From assembly GCA_036011305.1 (NCBI GenBank), contig DASCNA010000095.1, positions 12,800 to 76,799 on the forward strand: DNA of 64,000 nt, in the 5' to 3' direction. This document shows positions 9,007 through 19,302 of this stretch, piece by piece (position 1 is the stretch's first letter; every line of letters starts with the position of its first letter). The notes beneath the pieces were generated by a model. It had not been told where the DNA came from and did no database searches. It worked only from the letters and a program-made list of their open reading frames with translations. Origin of the DNA: Victivallales bacterium (GTDB lineage: Bacteria > Verrucomicrobiota > Lentisphaeria > Victivallales > GWF2-38-69). The position numbers were made by a program, and so were the translations under genes.

Positions 9007-10224
9007 TCACTCAAGTGGTCTGCAAGTTGCTACTTTGCTGCCGTATTTATGATGTACAGGTCTTTGATCCAATTTGGGATCGACACCATTTTGAAAAAGC
9101 ATAATAATATCAGAACCTCCAAATAAAAAATAACCGAATTCATTGCCCTTCAATAATGTGCTGCCTACAGTTGCTGTCATATTAACTGAGGATACCTGAC
9201 ACATTCCAACAGGAATAATAGCAACTTTCCCAATATTTTGATAATGAGATTGAGCCGTATCAAGAATAATGATACCTCTAGCCTGAGAAAATTCATAACC
9301 ATCCAAGGAGGAATCATCTCCATCAAACTGCATTTGACCATCAATGTAGACAGTGCAATATACTAATCCCTGTACGGGGCGGCATTCAAGAACTTTACCT
9401 GATACAGGTGCGTGAAATCTGTGATAATCATAAGGTCCAAGAAAGGAGTGTGTAAATGTTCCGTTTGTAAAATCATTTTGATATGGACTGTCAGTTAGAA
9501 GTTCGTTTATACTGGCAAAAGTATGTGTCTTTTTTATTTTAATCTTATTAATGGTAGAATCTGCTGAAATATCAAATTTGGTTTTGTATGTACAATCTGC
9601 AGGTGAAACAATGACTGTATTATCATTTGGACTGTCTATAGGGCGTAACCCTGGATTTAAATCACGTGCAAAAAACTGATTAAAAGTTAACCATCCACTA
9701 GGTGAATTTGGCCTGAAAATACCAGTTTCAGCGTCAGTTATCATTGAGTCCTGTATATTATATCTAGGTGATTTTTCAATAAATGATTCTAACACTGAAT
9801 CACTGAAAGAATCTGGAGTATTTAAAAAACTTCCCCATAGATCTGCATAATCACTCAGCCACTTACTAAACCATGGATCATTCTGAATTTTCTGCGGTTC
9901 TTGATTATTTTCAAGTTTTATTTTTTGATCAATAAGCCAGTAAAAATGTCCTAATCGGTCAGAAACTTCCTGATTTTGATTATTATCCGGGTCAATCCAG
10001 GCATCACCGTCTTGATTAGGAGTCCATTTTGCAAAGTTTTCTAAATAAGTAATGTATTCATGAATAGTTTTAGGCCAGCAAAGAGCATTATATAAAACTT
10101 GGTCAAGCTTTTCCTGTGCTAATTCATCCGCATGTTTAATTGATTTTTCCAGTAATTCCTCAAGAAGTTTATCTGATTCAAGTTTTTCCTGAAGCGATTT
10201 TATAACATGATTTGAAGTTTTCAT
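9007..10224 (-). CDS. Phosphatidylserine decarboxylase family protein (soluble, PSD2/PsiD-like, pyruvoyl-dependent)
   Basis: TFNQFFARDL, SPADC, DYHRFHAPVSG, IPVGMCQVSS, GYFLFGGSD self-cleavage motif. Confidence 0.85.
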   Translation of the reverse strand: MKTSNHVIKSLQEKLESDKLLEELLEKSIKHADELAQEKLDQVLYNALCWPKTIHEYITYLENFAKWTPNQDGDAWIDPDNNQNQEVSDRLGHFYWLIDQKIKLENNQEPQKIQNDPWFSKWLSDYADLWGSFLNTPDSFSDSVLESFIEKSPRYNIQDSMITDAETGIFRPNSPSGWLTFNQFFARDLNPGLRPIDSPNDNTVIVSPADCTYKTKFDISADSTINKIKIKKTHTFASINELLTDSPYQNDFTNGTFTHSFLGPYDYHRFHAPVSGKVLECRPVQGLVYCTVYIDGQMQFDGDDSSLDGYEFSQARGIIILDTAQSHYQNIGKVAIIPVGMCQVSSVNMTATVGSTLLKGNEFGYFLFGGSDIIMLFQNGVDPKLDQRPVHHKYGSKVATCRPLE

Positions 10225-10480
10225 GATTTACCTCTGAATTGAACAATTTTTTATATAAAAATGATTAAAATTATATACATAATTACGATAATTACTTACA
10301 TATATTTTTCCTCTTGAGAATTGATACTTTTTTAATCATATTTCAAAGATCGTTATATACTGAATTTTTTGCTGATGTAAAATCAGAGCAATAATGAATC
10401 AGTTAATTACCAAATTTTATAAGTTTAATATGATGCTTATAAAATTTGGCATAAAATTTATTTATGAAATGATTTATTAT

Positions 10481-12133
10481 TTATTTCCACTTTTTCCATA
10501 CATTGATCAGCCCGTTAGTTGAACTGTCATGAGACGTAACTTCCTTGCTTCCTTCAAGTAAAGGTAATATTTTACTTGCAAGATGTTTCCCAAGCTCTAC
10601 TCCCCATTGGTCAAATGAGTAAATATTAAGAATTACACCCTGTGTAAATATCTTATGTTCATAAAGTGCAATCAGTTTACCCAGCATATTCGGTGTTATT
10701 TTCTTTACAAGAATTGAGTTGGTTGGCCGGTTACCTTGAAAAACTTTGAATGGAATAATATCTTTAACTTCATCAATTGTTTTGCCTGCTGCAGTAAACT
10801 CATCTTCAACCTGTTTTCTAGTCTTGCCAAAAGCAAGTGCTTCAGTCTGTGCAAAAAAGTTTGAAAGAAGTTTTTGATGATGGTCTCCAATCGGATTATG
10901 AGAGATAGCAGGGGCTATAAAATCACATGGAATATGCTTTGTCCCCTGATGTATCAGTTGATAAAATGCATGCTGTCCGTTTGTTCCAGGTTCGCCCCAT
11001 ATAATAGGTCCGGTTTGATAGTCAACTTTATTGCCGTTTCTATCAACATATTTTCCATTGGATTCCATATTACCCTGCTGGAAATATGCTGAAAAACGAT
11101 GCATATACTGATCGTATGGAAGAATAGCTTCAGTTTCTGTTCCATAAAAATTATTATATAATATTCCTATCAATGCCAATATTACTGGCAGATTATCTTT
11201 AAACTCAGCATCTCTAAAATGTTTATCCATTTCGTGAGCGCCTTCAAGTATTTTTACATAATTATCAAATCCAATACTTAATGCTATTGATAGTCCTATA
11301 GCTGACCATAAAGAGTAGCGTCCTCCGACCCAATCCCAGAATTCAAACATATTTGCGGTATCTATACCAAACTCAGCCACAGCTTTATCATTTGTTGACA
11401 GTGCAACAAAATGTTTAGCTACAGCCGACTTATCTTTTGCTGCAGTTAATAGCCATTCACGTGCTGAATACGCATTCGTCATAGTTTCCTGAGTCGTAAA
11501 AGTTTTAGAGGCTATTAGAAAAAGAGTAGTTTCAGGGGTTAAATTTTTTAATGTCTCAACAATATGAGTTCCATCAACATTTGAAACAAAATGAGTGTTA
11601 AAATCTTTTATTTTGAAGTGTTTTAGTGCTTCAGTAGCCATAACTGGCCCCAGATCTGAACCTCCTATGCCGATATTAACAACATCTGTAATTTTCTTAT
11701 TTGAATAGCCTTTCCATTCACCACTGTGAATTTTAGAGCAGAATGTCTCCATTTGTTCAAGCACTGCATTAATTTTAGGCATTACATCATCGCCATCCAC
11801 AAATACAGGTGTATTACTGCGGTTCCTAAGGGCTGTATGCAAAACTGCACGGTTTTCAGTTCTGTTTATATGTTCACCGTTAAACATGGCATTGATTGCA
11901 TCTTTAAGACCAGATTCGTCAGCGAGTTCTAGAAGATTCACAAACAGATCTTCTGTTATAAGGTTTTTAGAAAAATCAAGTAGAATTTCATCATTAAAAT
12001 TACGGGAGAACTTATTAAAGCGTTTATTATCTTGATCAAACAGATCTTTCAATTTTAGGTTTATATTACGATTGAATTTATCTGTTATTTTGCCCCAGGC
12101 TGCTGTATCTTTAGGGTTTATATTTTTAAGCAT
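10481..12133 (-). CDS. pgi: Glucose-6-phosphate isomerase
   Basis: [43 protein letters not shown]. Confidence 0.98.
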   Translation of the reverse strand: MLKNINPKDTAAWGKITDKFNRNINLKLKDLFDQDNKRFNKFSRNFNDEILLDFSKNLITEDLFVNLLELADESGLKDAINAMFNGEHINRTENRAVLHTALRNRSNTPVFVDGDDVMPKINAVLEQMETFCSKIHSGEWKGYSNKKITDVVNIGIGGSDLGPVMATEALKHFKIKDFNTHFVSNVDGTHIVETLKNLTPETTLFLIASKTFTTQETMTNAYSAREWLLTAAKDKSAVAKHFVALSTNDKAVAEFGIDTANMFEFWDWVGGRYSLWSAIGLSIALSIGFDNYVKILEGAHEMDKHFRDAEFKDNLPVILALIGILYNNFYGTETEAILPYDQYMHRFSAYFQQGNMESNGKYVDRNGNKVDYQTGPIIWGEPGTNGQHAFYQLIHQGTKHIPCDFIAPAISHNPIGDHHQKLLSNFFAQTEALAFGKTRKQVEDEFTAAGKTIDEVKDIIPFKVFQGNRPTNSILVKKITPNMLGKLIALYEHKIFTQGVILNIYSFDQWGVELGKHLASKILPLLEGSKEVTSHDSSTNGLINVWKKWK

Positions 12134-12425
12134 TTTTTTCTCCTTTTCTCTCCTTATTAAATAAAATAATATTTTAGTTTAAATGACTAATTAACTAAAG
12201 TCCAACAATTATTCAAAAATTGATTGATTTACACAAAATTATTTTAAGTAAAAACCAAAGATTATGAGAAATTAAGTAAAATAAATATAGCCAGCTATTT
12301 TCGATAGAAGTTGAATAAATTCTTTTTTGTAATGTTGTAAGGGAATGTTTGAAATTACTGAAAATTATGACTTATTTGAGAGAGAAAGAGAAGATAGAAT
12401 CCCGCTTTACAAAATTAAATTACCG

Positions 12426-12443
12426 CAGTTAACATGTTTACTG
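12426..12443. promoter_or_regulatory. Candidate operator palindrome between divergent pgi and pyk
   Basis: CAGTTAACATGTTTACTG, an 18-bp palindrome with one mismatched pair. Confidence 0.4.
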
Positions 12444-12632
12444 TGATCTATCATAAATAATTGCTCATTAACATAATGGTAATATTTTAATGATTTATTA
12501 GAATTATATATACAGTCAATTGATTAATATCATTTTGGAATTGTACATCTTAGTTACCGTTTCTTGTCTGTTCTGCTGACAGGATGAACTGAATATTATT
12601 TATTTATAATAATTAACTTAAAAGGAGTAAAC

Positions 12633-14066
12633 ATGAAAAAAGCTAGGATTATAGCAACCATTGGACCAGCTTCAAATAAACTTGCTACTATTGAAAGTAT
12701 GGCAAGAGCCGGTGTGAATGTATGTCGTTTAAACTTTTCTTTCGGCAGCAAAGAAGAACATCTTAAAATGATAGCAACTATACGTCAAGCTAGTAAAAAT
12801 ACTGGAAAATCCTTAGCTATAATGCAGTGTCTGCAAGGGCCAAAAATAAGAATAGGCAAACTCAAAAACCCTGTTGATGTAAAAAAAGGACAGGATATAA
12901 TTTTATCGGGAAATACTACTCATGACAGCGAATTCAATTTCCCCACCACCTATGCACAAATCGCCTCTGATACAGAAACTGGGAAAAGAATTCTTATAGC
13001 AGATGGAAGAGTCATATTAACAGTTATTGAATCATATCCTGGAAATAAAGAAGTAAAATGTAAGGTTATTGAAGGTGGAACAATATTAACAGGGAAAGGT
13101 ATTAACCTGCCATACACAAATATATCACTCCCATCACTTACCGAGAAGGATATTGAAGATGCTAAATTCGGGGCAAAGTCTAAAGTTGACTATATATCTT
13201 TTTCTTTTGTGAGAAAAGGATCTGACATTGTTCAGTTGAGAAAACTGCTCGATGAAAACGGTGGAGAAAAAATACCTATAATTGCCAAGATAGAAAAGCC
13301 AGAGGCCGTAGAAAATATGGATGAAATCATTCAGGAGTCAAATGGTATTATGGTTGCTAGAGGAGATTTGGCAGATGAATTATCATTTGCAAAAGTGCCA
13401 ATTGTACAGAAAGAAATTATAAAAAAAGCTAATAAAAAAGGAAAAATAACAATCATTGCAACTGAAATGTTAAGTTCAATGATAGAAAATCAGCTACCTA
13501 CAAGGGCTGAAGTAAGTGATGTGGCAAATGGTATATTTGATGGCTCGGATGTTGTTATGTTATCTAATGAAACTGCTATGGGGAAATTTCCAGTGTTGTC
13601 TGTAAAAACAATGACTGAAATTGTAGAAGAAGCAGAAAAAGCTTTTGTCGGAGAGCCGTTTTACAATGATTTGGAACTACCAGATGTACATAAATTTAAT
13701 GAAGCAATATGTGCTTCTGCTGCGCATTTGTCATATGATTTAAATAACGATGCAATAGCAATATTTACAAGATCCGGATTAACGGCTCAAATATTGGCTA
13801 AATATAGACCTGGCTGTACTATTTTTGCCGCGACTGACAGAGAAGAAACATATTATAGATTGGCATTCTCTCACGGCATTTTTCCTATATTACTTGAAGA
13901 TAATATTTTTAAAGATGAATCGGCAAATGCTAAAGCAATTCCCACGTTGCTGTCACACTTGTCCAAAAGAAAACTTCTTAATAAATCTAAAAACTTAATT
14001 GTGATAACAGGTGATTTTTCGGAAGGAAGATGGAAAATAAACACAATAAAAGTCATAAAAATTTAA
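12633..14066 (+). CDS. pyk: Pyruvate kinase (divergent active-site motifs)
   Basis: IIATIGPAS, GPKIR, IIAKIEK, MVARGDL, PTRAEVSDVAN, MLSNETAMG. Confidence 0.95.
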   Translation: MKKARIIATIGPASNKLATIESMARAGVNVCRLNFSFGSKEEHLKMIATIRQASKNTGKSLAIMQCLQGPKIRIGKLKNPVDVKKGQDIILSGNTTHDSEFNFPTTYAQIASDTETGKRILIADGRVILTVIESYPGNKEVKCKVIEGGTILTGKGINLPYTNISLPSLTEKDIEDAKFGAKSKVDYISFSFVRKGSDIVQLRKLLDENGGEKIPIIAKIEKPEAVENMDEIIQESNGIMVARGDLADELSFAKVPIVQKEIIKKANKKGKITIIATEMLSSMIENQLPTRAEVSDVANGIFDGSDVVMLSNETAMGKFPVLSVKTMTEIVEEAEKAFVGEPFYNDLELPDVHKFNEAICASAAHLSYDLNNDAIAIFTRSGLTAQILAKYRPGCTIFAATDREETYYRLAFSHGIFPILLEDNIFKDESANAKAIPTLLSHLSKRKLLNKSKNLIVITGDFSEGRWKINTIKVIKI

Positions 14067-14280
14067 CTTGCTAAATTTGGTGCACTGGATTTATAACTGG
14101 AAAAGATTTTATCGTGGCATTGTCAAGAAAATACCAGGATAAGAAGCGTCCATTGCTGTTGTCCTCTGTCCAAATTTTGCATGAGTACGATAATAACCTA
14201 ATCGATACGGCTATCTTTTACAAAGCAGGAAATAAGGAATAATTAGTCTAGCGAATTAGTGCTTGCAAACAGATTTTTTT

Positions 14281-15222
14281 TTACAGATCTTTTATATACA
14301 ATAGAAATTCAGGATCGTCAGGCATATTTTTTATTACAATTTCTGTATTAGTAAAATTTTCAGAATTAACATTATAACGATAGATTTCTCTCTTTTTCCT
14401 GTTTGCAGCATAAAAGTAGCACTTATCGCTATTCACTGTCATACCTGATATATTTTCTACAGAACCTTTTACAGGCTTAAAAAATAAGGCAGGTTTATTC
14501 AAAGATGCAGCCTGAATCGAGTTTCTACAGCTGACATAAAGTAATTCCTTGTAGATTATCAAGTGAGTAGGTTTCTTTAAATTATTGCTTTTATCTATCA
14601 ATGAACCTTCTTTATTGTATGTTTTTACCAACCCTGCTTGTTCATCACACACATATAACAGTTCTTTGTGAAGTAGTACCGATCGAACAGAATGATAAAT
14701 AATATTATTTCTTATATCCAGTTTTAGACCCTGGTGTGTATGAATGGATTTCGTTTTTTGAACACCTGGCAGATTTTTCTGAGAACTGGCCACAAATGTA
14801 CCGGGTAAAAATTTTTTCCCTGAAGGAAGCCCACGAGGAAGAGGTGCAGGTTTTCCACTGTCCAGAATTAATCTTACTACTACGTTACTATCCTGATTCG
14901 ATATAAAGCAGTAACCTGATTCTTTATCAAATGTCATTGCAAATGGATGATCAATAGAATTAATTTCATCATGCGAGGTATATATTGCATCAAAATCATA
15001 ATGCAAACCCTTACCTTTGAAACGTAAAATCTGACTCTTTCTTCTCCGTCCATTGGCAACATAGAGATACCCATTGCAGAAAATCATATCACGTAACTTG
15101 GCATTATGCAGTAAATTATCAGCATTAGATAGAATCTTGGCATTGATAATTTTACCATCGTCGCTATATGCGAATATATTGGAAACTCCTGTACTTCCGC
15201 CATGAAATGTAATAAAAATCAT
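14281..15222 (-). CDS. Hypothetical beta-propeller protein (NHL/YncE-like)
   Basis: Repeated LYVAN/LYVCD/LYVSC/FYAAN blade-like segments. Confidence 0.5.
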   Translation of the reverse strand: MIFITFHGGSTGVSNIFAYSDDGKIINAKILSNADNLLHNAKLRDMIFCNGYLYVANGRRRKSQILRFKGKGLHYDFDAIYTSHDEINSIDHPFAMTFDKESGYCFISNQDSNVVVRLILDSGKPAPLPRGLPSGKKFLPGTFVASSQKNLPGVQKTKSIHTHQGLKLDIRNNIIYHSVRSVLLHKELLYVCDEQAGLVKTYNKEGSLIDKSNNLKKPTHLIIYKELLYVSCRNSIQAASLNKPALFFKPVKGSVENISGMTVNSDKCYFYAANRKKREIYRYNVNSENFTNTEIVIKNMPDDPEFLLYIKDL

Positions 15223-15278
15223 GTAATTCTCTTATAGTGATATTTAACTGCAAAACAAAGGCTGATACAAAATAAAAT

Positions 15279-15309
15279 AACCAGGGAAATATCAAATTGT
15301 TCCCTGGTT
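15279..15309 (-). terminator. Intrinsic terminator after the GGGtGRT gene
   Basis: AACCAGGGAA...TTCCCTGGTT stem, T-rich tail on the minus strand. Confidence 0.65.
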
Positions 15310-15350
15310 GTTTTGTGTATTATTCTAGTTTGATTGATTTTGTTGATTAT

Positions 15351-16352
15351 TTATCCTATCATAGCCTGTTCAACTGCTACAGATACTGCTACTGAAGCGC
15401 CTACCATAGGACTGTTCCCCATTCCAATAAGGCCCATCATTTCCACATGTGCTGGAACAGATGAAGACCCTGCGAACTGTGCGTCAGCATGCATTCTTCC
15501 CATAGTATCTGTCATACCGTAAGAAGCAGGACCTGCACCCATATTATCAGGATGAAGTGTTCTTCCTGTTCCACCGCCGGAAGCAACAGAGAAATATTTT
15601 TTACCAAGTTCGTTACATTCTTTTTTATATGTACCTACAACAGGATGTTGAAATCTTGTAGGATTGGTAGAATTACCGGTAATCGATATGTCAACTTTTT
15701 CAAGGTGCATTACAGCAACCCCCTCTCTGACATCATCAGTTCCATAGCAATTAACTTTTGCTCTTTCTCCTTTAGAAAAAGCTCTTCTTTCGACAATTTC
15801 CAGTTTATTAGTAAAATAGTCAAATTTAGTTTTGACATAAGTAAAACCGTTAATTCTGGAAATTATATACGCAGCGTCCTTACCTAAACCATTTAAAATA
15901 ACTCTTAAAGGTTTTTTCCTGAATCTATTAGCAGAATTACAGATACTAATGGCTCCTTCAGCATTTGCAAATGATTCATGCCCTGCAATCATAGCAAAAC
16001 ATTCTGTGCCATCGTTTAGCAGCATTCCTGCCAATCGACCATGTCCTAAACCAACTTTTCTGGTTTCAGCAACAGAACCAGGAACACAGAATGCCTGCAG
16101 TCCTTCTCCAATACAATGTGCTATTTCTTCAGATTTCTTACATCCTTTCTTGATAGCGATAGCTGCTCCGACAGTATAGGCCCAGCAGGCATTGTCAAAA
16201 CATATATTCTGTACACCTCTTACTATCTTAGCTACATCAAGACCTTTTTCCTTGCAAATAGCATCAGTTTCTTCTATCGAATTTATGCCATATCCTTTTA
16301 ATATTTTTAATAATTTATCCACTCTTCTATCATATCCTTCAAAAAGTGACAT
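15351..16352 (-). CDS. GGGtGRT protein (conserved, function unknown)
   Basis: SVASGGGTGRTLHPDNMGAGPASYG, GHESFA, GNSTNPTRFQHPV. Confidence 0.92.
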   Translation of the reverse strand: MSLFEGYDRRVDKLLKILKGYGINSIEETDAICKEKGLDVAKIVRGVQNICFDNACWAYTVGAAIAIKKGCKKSEEIAHCIGEGLQAFCVPGSVAETRKVGLGHGRLAGMLLNDGTECFAMIAGHESFANAEGAISICNSANRFRKKPLRVILNGLGKDAAYIISRINGFTYVKTKFDYFTNKLEIVERRAFSKGERAKVNCYGTDDVREGVAVMHLEKVDISITGNSTNPTRFQHPVVGTYKKECNELGKKYFSVASGGGTGRTLHPDNMGAGPASYGMTDTMGRMHADAQFAGSSSVPAHVEMMGLIGMGNSPMVGASVAVSVAVEQAMIG

Positions 16353-16363
16353 ATCGAAACTCC

Positions 16364-17056
16364 TTACTCTTCTCTTGGGTCAATTTCTTTAACAGCTTCA
16401 TTAAAACGGCCATAAACTCCGCTGGCTTCTTCCAGTGCTTTATTTGCGTCTTCCCCATGCCTGATAAGATTCATCATTTTGCCAAGATTAACATATGTGT
16501 ATCCAATTATTTCTCCGTTTTCATCAAGCCCCTGTTTCAAAACATAACCTTCTGCAACTTCAAGATATCTTGGTCCTTTTTTAGTGGTACCGTACATTGT
16601 ACCGAGTTGACTTCTAAAGTTTTTGCCTAAATCGTCAAGAGCAGCTCCAATAGGGAGACCGTTTTCAGAAAAAGCTGTTTGACTTCTTCCATAAGCTATC
16701 TGGAGAAACAACTCTCTCATTGCTACATTTATGGCATCACATACTAAATCAGTATTTAAAGCTTCAAGTATGGTTTTGCCGGACAGAATTTCAGCCGCCA
16801 TTGCTGCAGACTGCGTCATACCAGAACACCCTACAGTTTCTATGAGTGCTTCCTCTATAATCCCATCTTTAACGTTTAGAGTAAGCTTGCAGCCTCCCTG
16901 TTGAGGAGCGCACCATCCTACACCATGTGAAACTCCTTTAATATCATTGATTTTTTTTGCCTGGGTCCATTCGCCTTCCTGCGGGACTGGAGCTGGACCA
17001 TGATTAGGACCATTTGCTACACAGCACATGTTTTTTACTTCTGTAGTAATTTCCAC
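16364..17056 (-). CDS. NifU/IscU N-terminal-like Fe-S scaffold protein, partner of GGGtGRT
   Basis: HGVGWCAPQQGGCKLTL, ETVGCSGMT, TDLVCDAI; GTG start with GGAG SD; 11 nt from the next gene. Confidence 0.85.
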   Translation of the reverse strand: MEITTEVKNMCCVANGPNHGPAPVPQEGEWTQAKKINDIKGVSHGVGWCAPQQGGCKLTLNVKDGIIEEALIETVGCSGMTQSAAMAAEILSGKTILEALNTDLVCDAINVAMRELFLQIAYGRSQTAFSENGLPIGAALDDLGKNFRSQLGTMYGTTKKGPRYLEVAEGYVLKQGLDENGEIIGYTYVNLGKMMNLIRHGEDANKALEEASGVYGRFNEAVKEIDPREE

Positions 17057-17273
17057 TATTGCCTCCGAGTATTAGATGTTAATAATAAATGATAAAAAAT
17101 ATTACATTACAAATGCATAAAATATTTATTTTATACTGCCAGTAGGACTGATATAAAGCTAAATGTCAGTAAAGCTGTTCCAGTAAAAAAATGTTAATTA
17201 ATTGACTGTATTATAATATTAATCAGATATTAGTAAATTTCCAGTCTGACATAAAACAGACAATATTCTCAAG

Positions 17274-18722
17274 TTACCACCATTCAGGAGGCTGTCCGGT
17301 ACTTGCAAGTACACTCAACCAACCTCTATGGTCGTTTCTCATTCTGCGTTTAATATTCGTAATAGCAGATAATGGTATATTTGTAAATTCACCTTTCCAG
17401 TGTCCAATCAGCATATCAGTTTTTCCTGCCATTCCTGCATCGACAGCAAAACGAGCTAAATCAGCACAGAAAATACTGTCCTGACTATTTGCAGGCACAC
17501 TTCTGATCTGATAACTTGGGCTAATGTACTTAATATTAACTTTCATATCCCATTTATCTGCGAAGTGAGTTCCTAAATCATCTCGCAAATAAAGTCCAAT
17601 ATCATTAAATTTTGTATTTCCTGAATCATCAGTTCCATTCTGAACACCAATTATATTCTGGCCAGCTCCTTCTGAAACAGCTATTACAGCGTGTCCTTTT
17701 GCCTGAAGAACTTTTTTAACTTCATCATAAAGCCCGCCATTTTCTGCAAAATTTAAATTCATTTCAGGAATAAGACAGAAATCAACATTTCCACTAGATC
17801 TTGTTGCATAAGCAGTGATAAATCCTGCCTCACGACCCATTAATTTTACTATACCAATTCCATGAGGAGTACATGTTGCTTCTACATGAACACGGTTCAA
17901 TGCTTTACTTGCTTCTTCAACTGCTGTCTGAAAGCCAAAGCTTTTTTCAACGAACGGGATATCGTTATCAATTGTTTTTGGTATACCGATAATTGAGATT
18001 TTAAGTTTCCGTTTTTCAATTTCTTCAGCTAGTGCATGAGCGCCTTTCAGTGTTCCATCCCCGCCAATACAAAATAAAATATTAATACCTTTATCCTCTA
18101 GAGATTGGATCATTTCTTCAACAGGTGGATTGCCTCTTGAACTTCCCAGTACGGTTCCGCCTCTTTTATGTATATCATCAACTTCTTCCGGGGAAAGAAT
18201 AATAGGAGGGTGTTCAGGATTTTGAGCTAATCCCTGATAGCCGAATCTAAATCCCCATACTTTTTTTACTTTATACCAAATCTCAAGTTCTTTAACTATA
18301 GATCTTATAACATCATTAAGTCCTGGGCATAAACCTCCACAGGTTATAATACCGGCTTTAGTTCTACTTGGGGCATAGTAAATCTTACTTCTTGGTCCTG
18401 CCTTTTCAAAACTTACTGTATCGGGTTCTTTATTAATATTAACAAGAGTATCAAAACGAATTCTATCCTTACTATCTCTAATATAATATGTTTTTTTTAA
18501 TTCAAGGTTTTCAATATTTGACAGCGGTGATTGTAATTTAGCTTTTCCAAAACTTTTTACATTTAAATCTATATCTGTGGTGCTGGTAGTACTACTAAAC
18601 TTACAATCAGTTTCAGAGTTTATAGCAATATCATCAGAGTTATCATTTTTTTTTAATTCAATAATTTTTTCAATTTCTATAGGTTCTTCATCTTTATTAT
18701 CACTATTTGTTTTTTCTTTCAT
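17274..18722 (-). CDS. pfkA: ATP-dependent 6-phosphofructokinase (PPi-family-like, group X)
   Basis: TCGGLCPGLN, GGTVLGSSRG, IGGDGT (GGDG = ATP type), PKTIDND, KLMGR. Confidence 0.92.
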   Translation of the reverse strand: MKEKTNSDNKDEEPIEIEKIIELKKNDNSDDIAINSETDCKFSSTTSTTDIDLNVKSFGKAKLQSPLSNIENLELKKTYYIRDSKDRIRFDTLVNINKEPDTVSFEKAGPRSKIYYAPSRTKAGIITCGGLCPGLNDVIRSIVKELEIWYKVKKVWGFRFGYQGLAQNPEHPPIILSPEEVDDIHKRGGTVLGSSRGNPPVEEMIQSLEDKGINILFCIGGDGTLKGAHALAEEIEKRKLKISIIGIPKTIDNDIPFVEKSFGFQTAVEEASKALNRVHVEATCTPHGIGIVKLMGREAGFITAYATRSSGNVDFCLIPEMNLNFAENGGLYDEVKKVLQAKGHAVIAVSEGAGQNIIGVQNGTDDSGNTKFNDIGLYLRDDLGTHFADKWDMKVNIKYISPSYQIRSVPANSQDSIFCADLARFAVDAGMAGKTDMLIGHWKGEFTNIPLSAITNIKRRMRNDHRGWLSVLASTGQPPEWW

Positions 18723-19302
18723 TTCTATATATCATCCTAATATTTTGAGCATGATTCATCAATAATGAAATAATTTATAAGCCTGGACTCTTGGCTAATC
18801 AGAAATTATTAGTTTTTCAATAAATACATAGTAGCGTATATAAAGATAATATAATATATATCAACTAAATGCCAGGTATTAAGCTCTATGTTTCTTTCAT
18901 AAACATCAGAGCATCCTATATAATTATTGCTTTTTATATAAATGAAGGGAGAATAGAGCCTTAATTTAGTGATAGAAACCAAAAAGGAGGAAGAATTAAG
19001 CTCTGGTATTGGGAAAATAATTTTTGGGGAATATGTGAGATAAAAGTACTCAGAGCTTAATCCCTTAAGTAGCTAATAAACTAGAGGAGGTTATCGGCAA
19101 ATCAAACAGTTTCTAGGTGTTTCAGTGTTTTGCCTACAAAATTATTTGTTTCTGCATAAAACAATTTCTCATTCGCACTAAATAGCAGATTATCCGGTTT
19201 TATGTAATTTGAGAATATTAATTTAACAAAAAGTATGTCATATTATATTCAAATCTATTTTAAATTTAACTGAATATATCTAATAACTGGATTATAAATT
19301 GT

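Noticed and set aside
14067-14240. About 55-codon startless frame after pyk (IWCTGFITGKDF...)
   Set aside because: No start codon or recognisable family; cannot be supported as a gene
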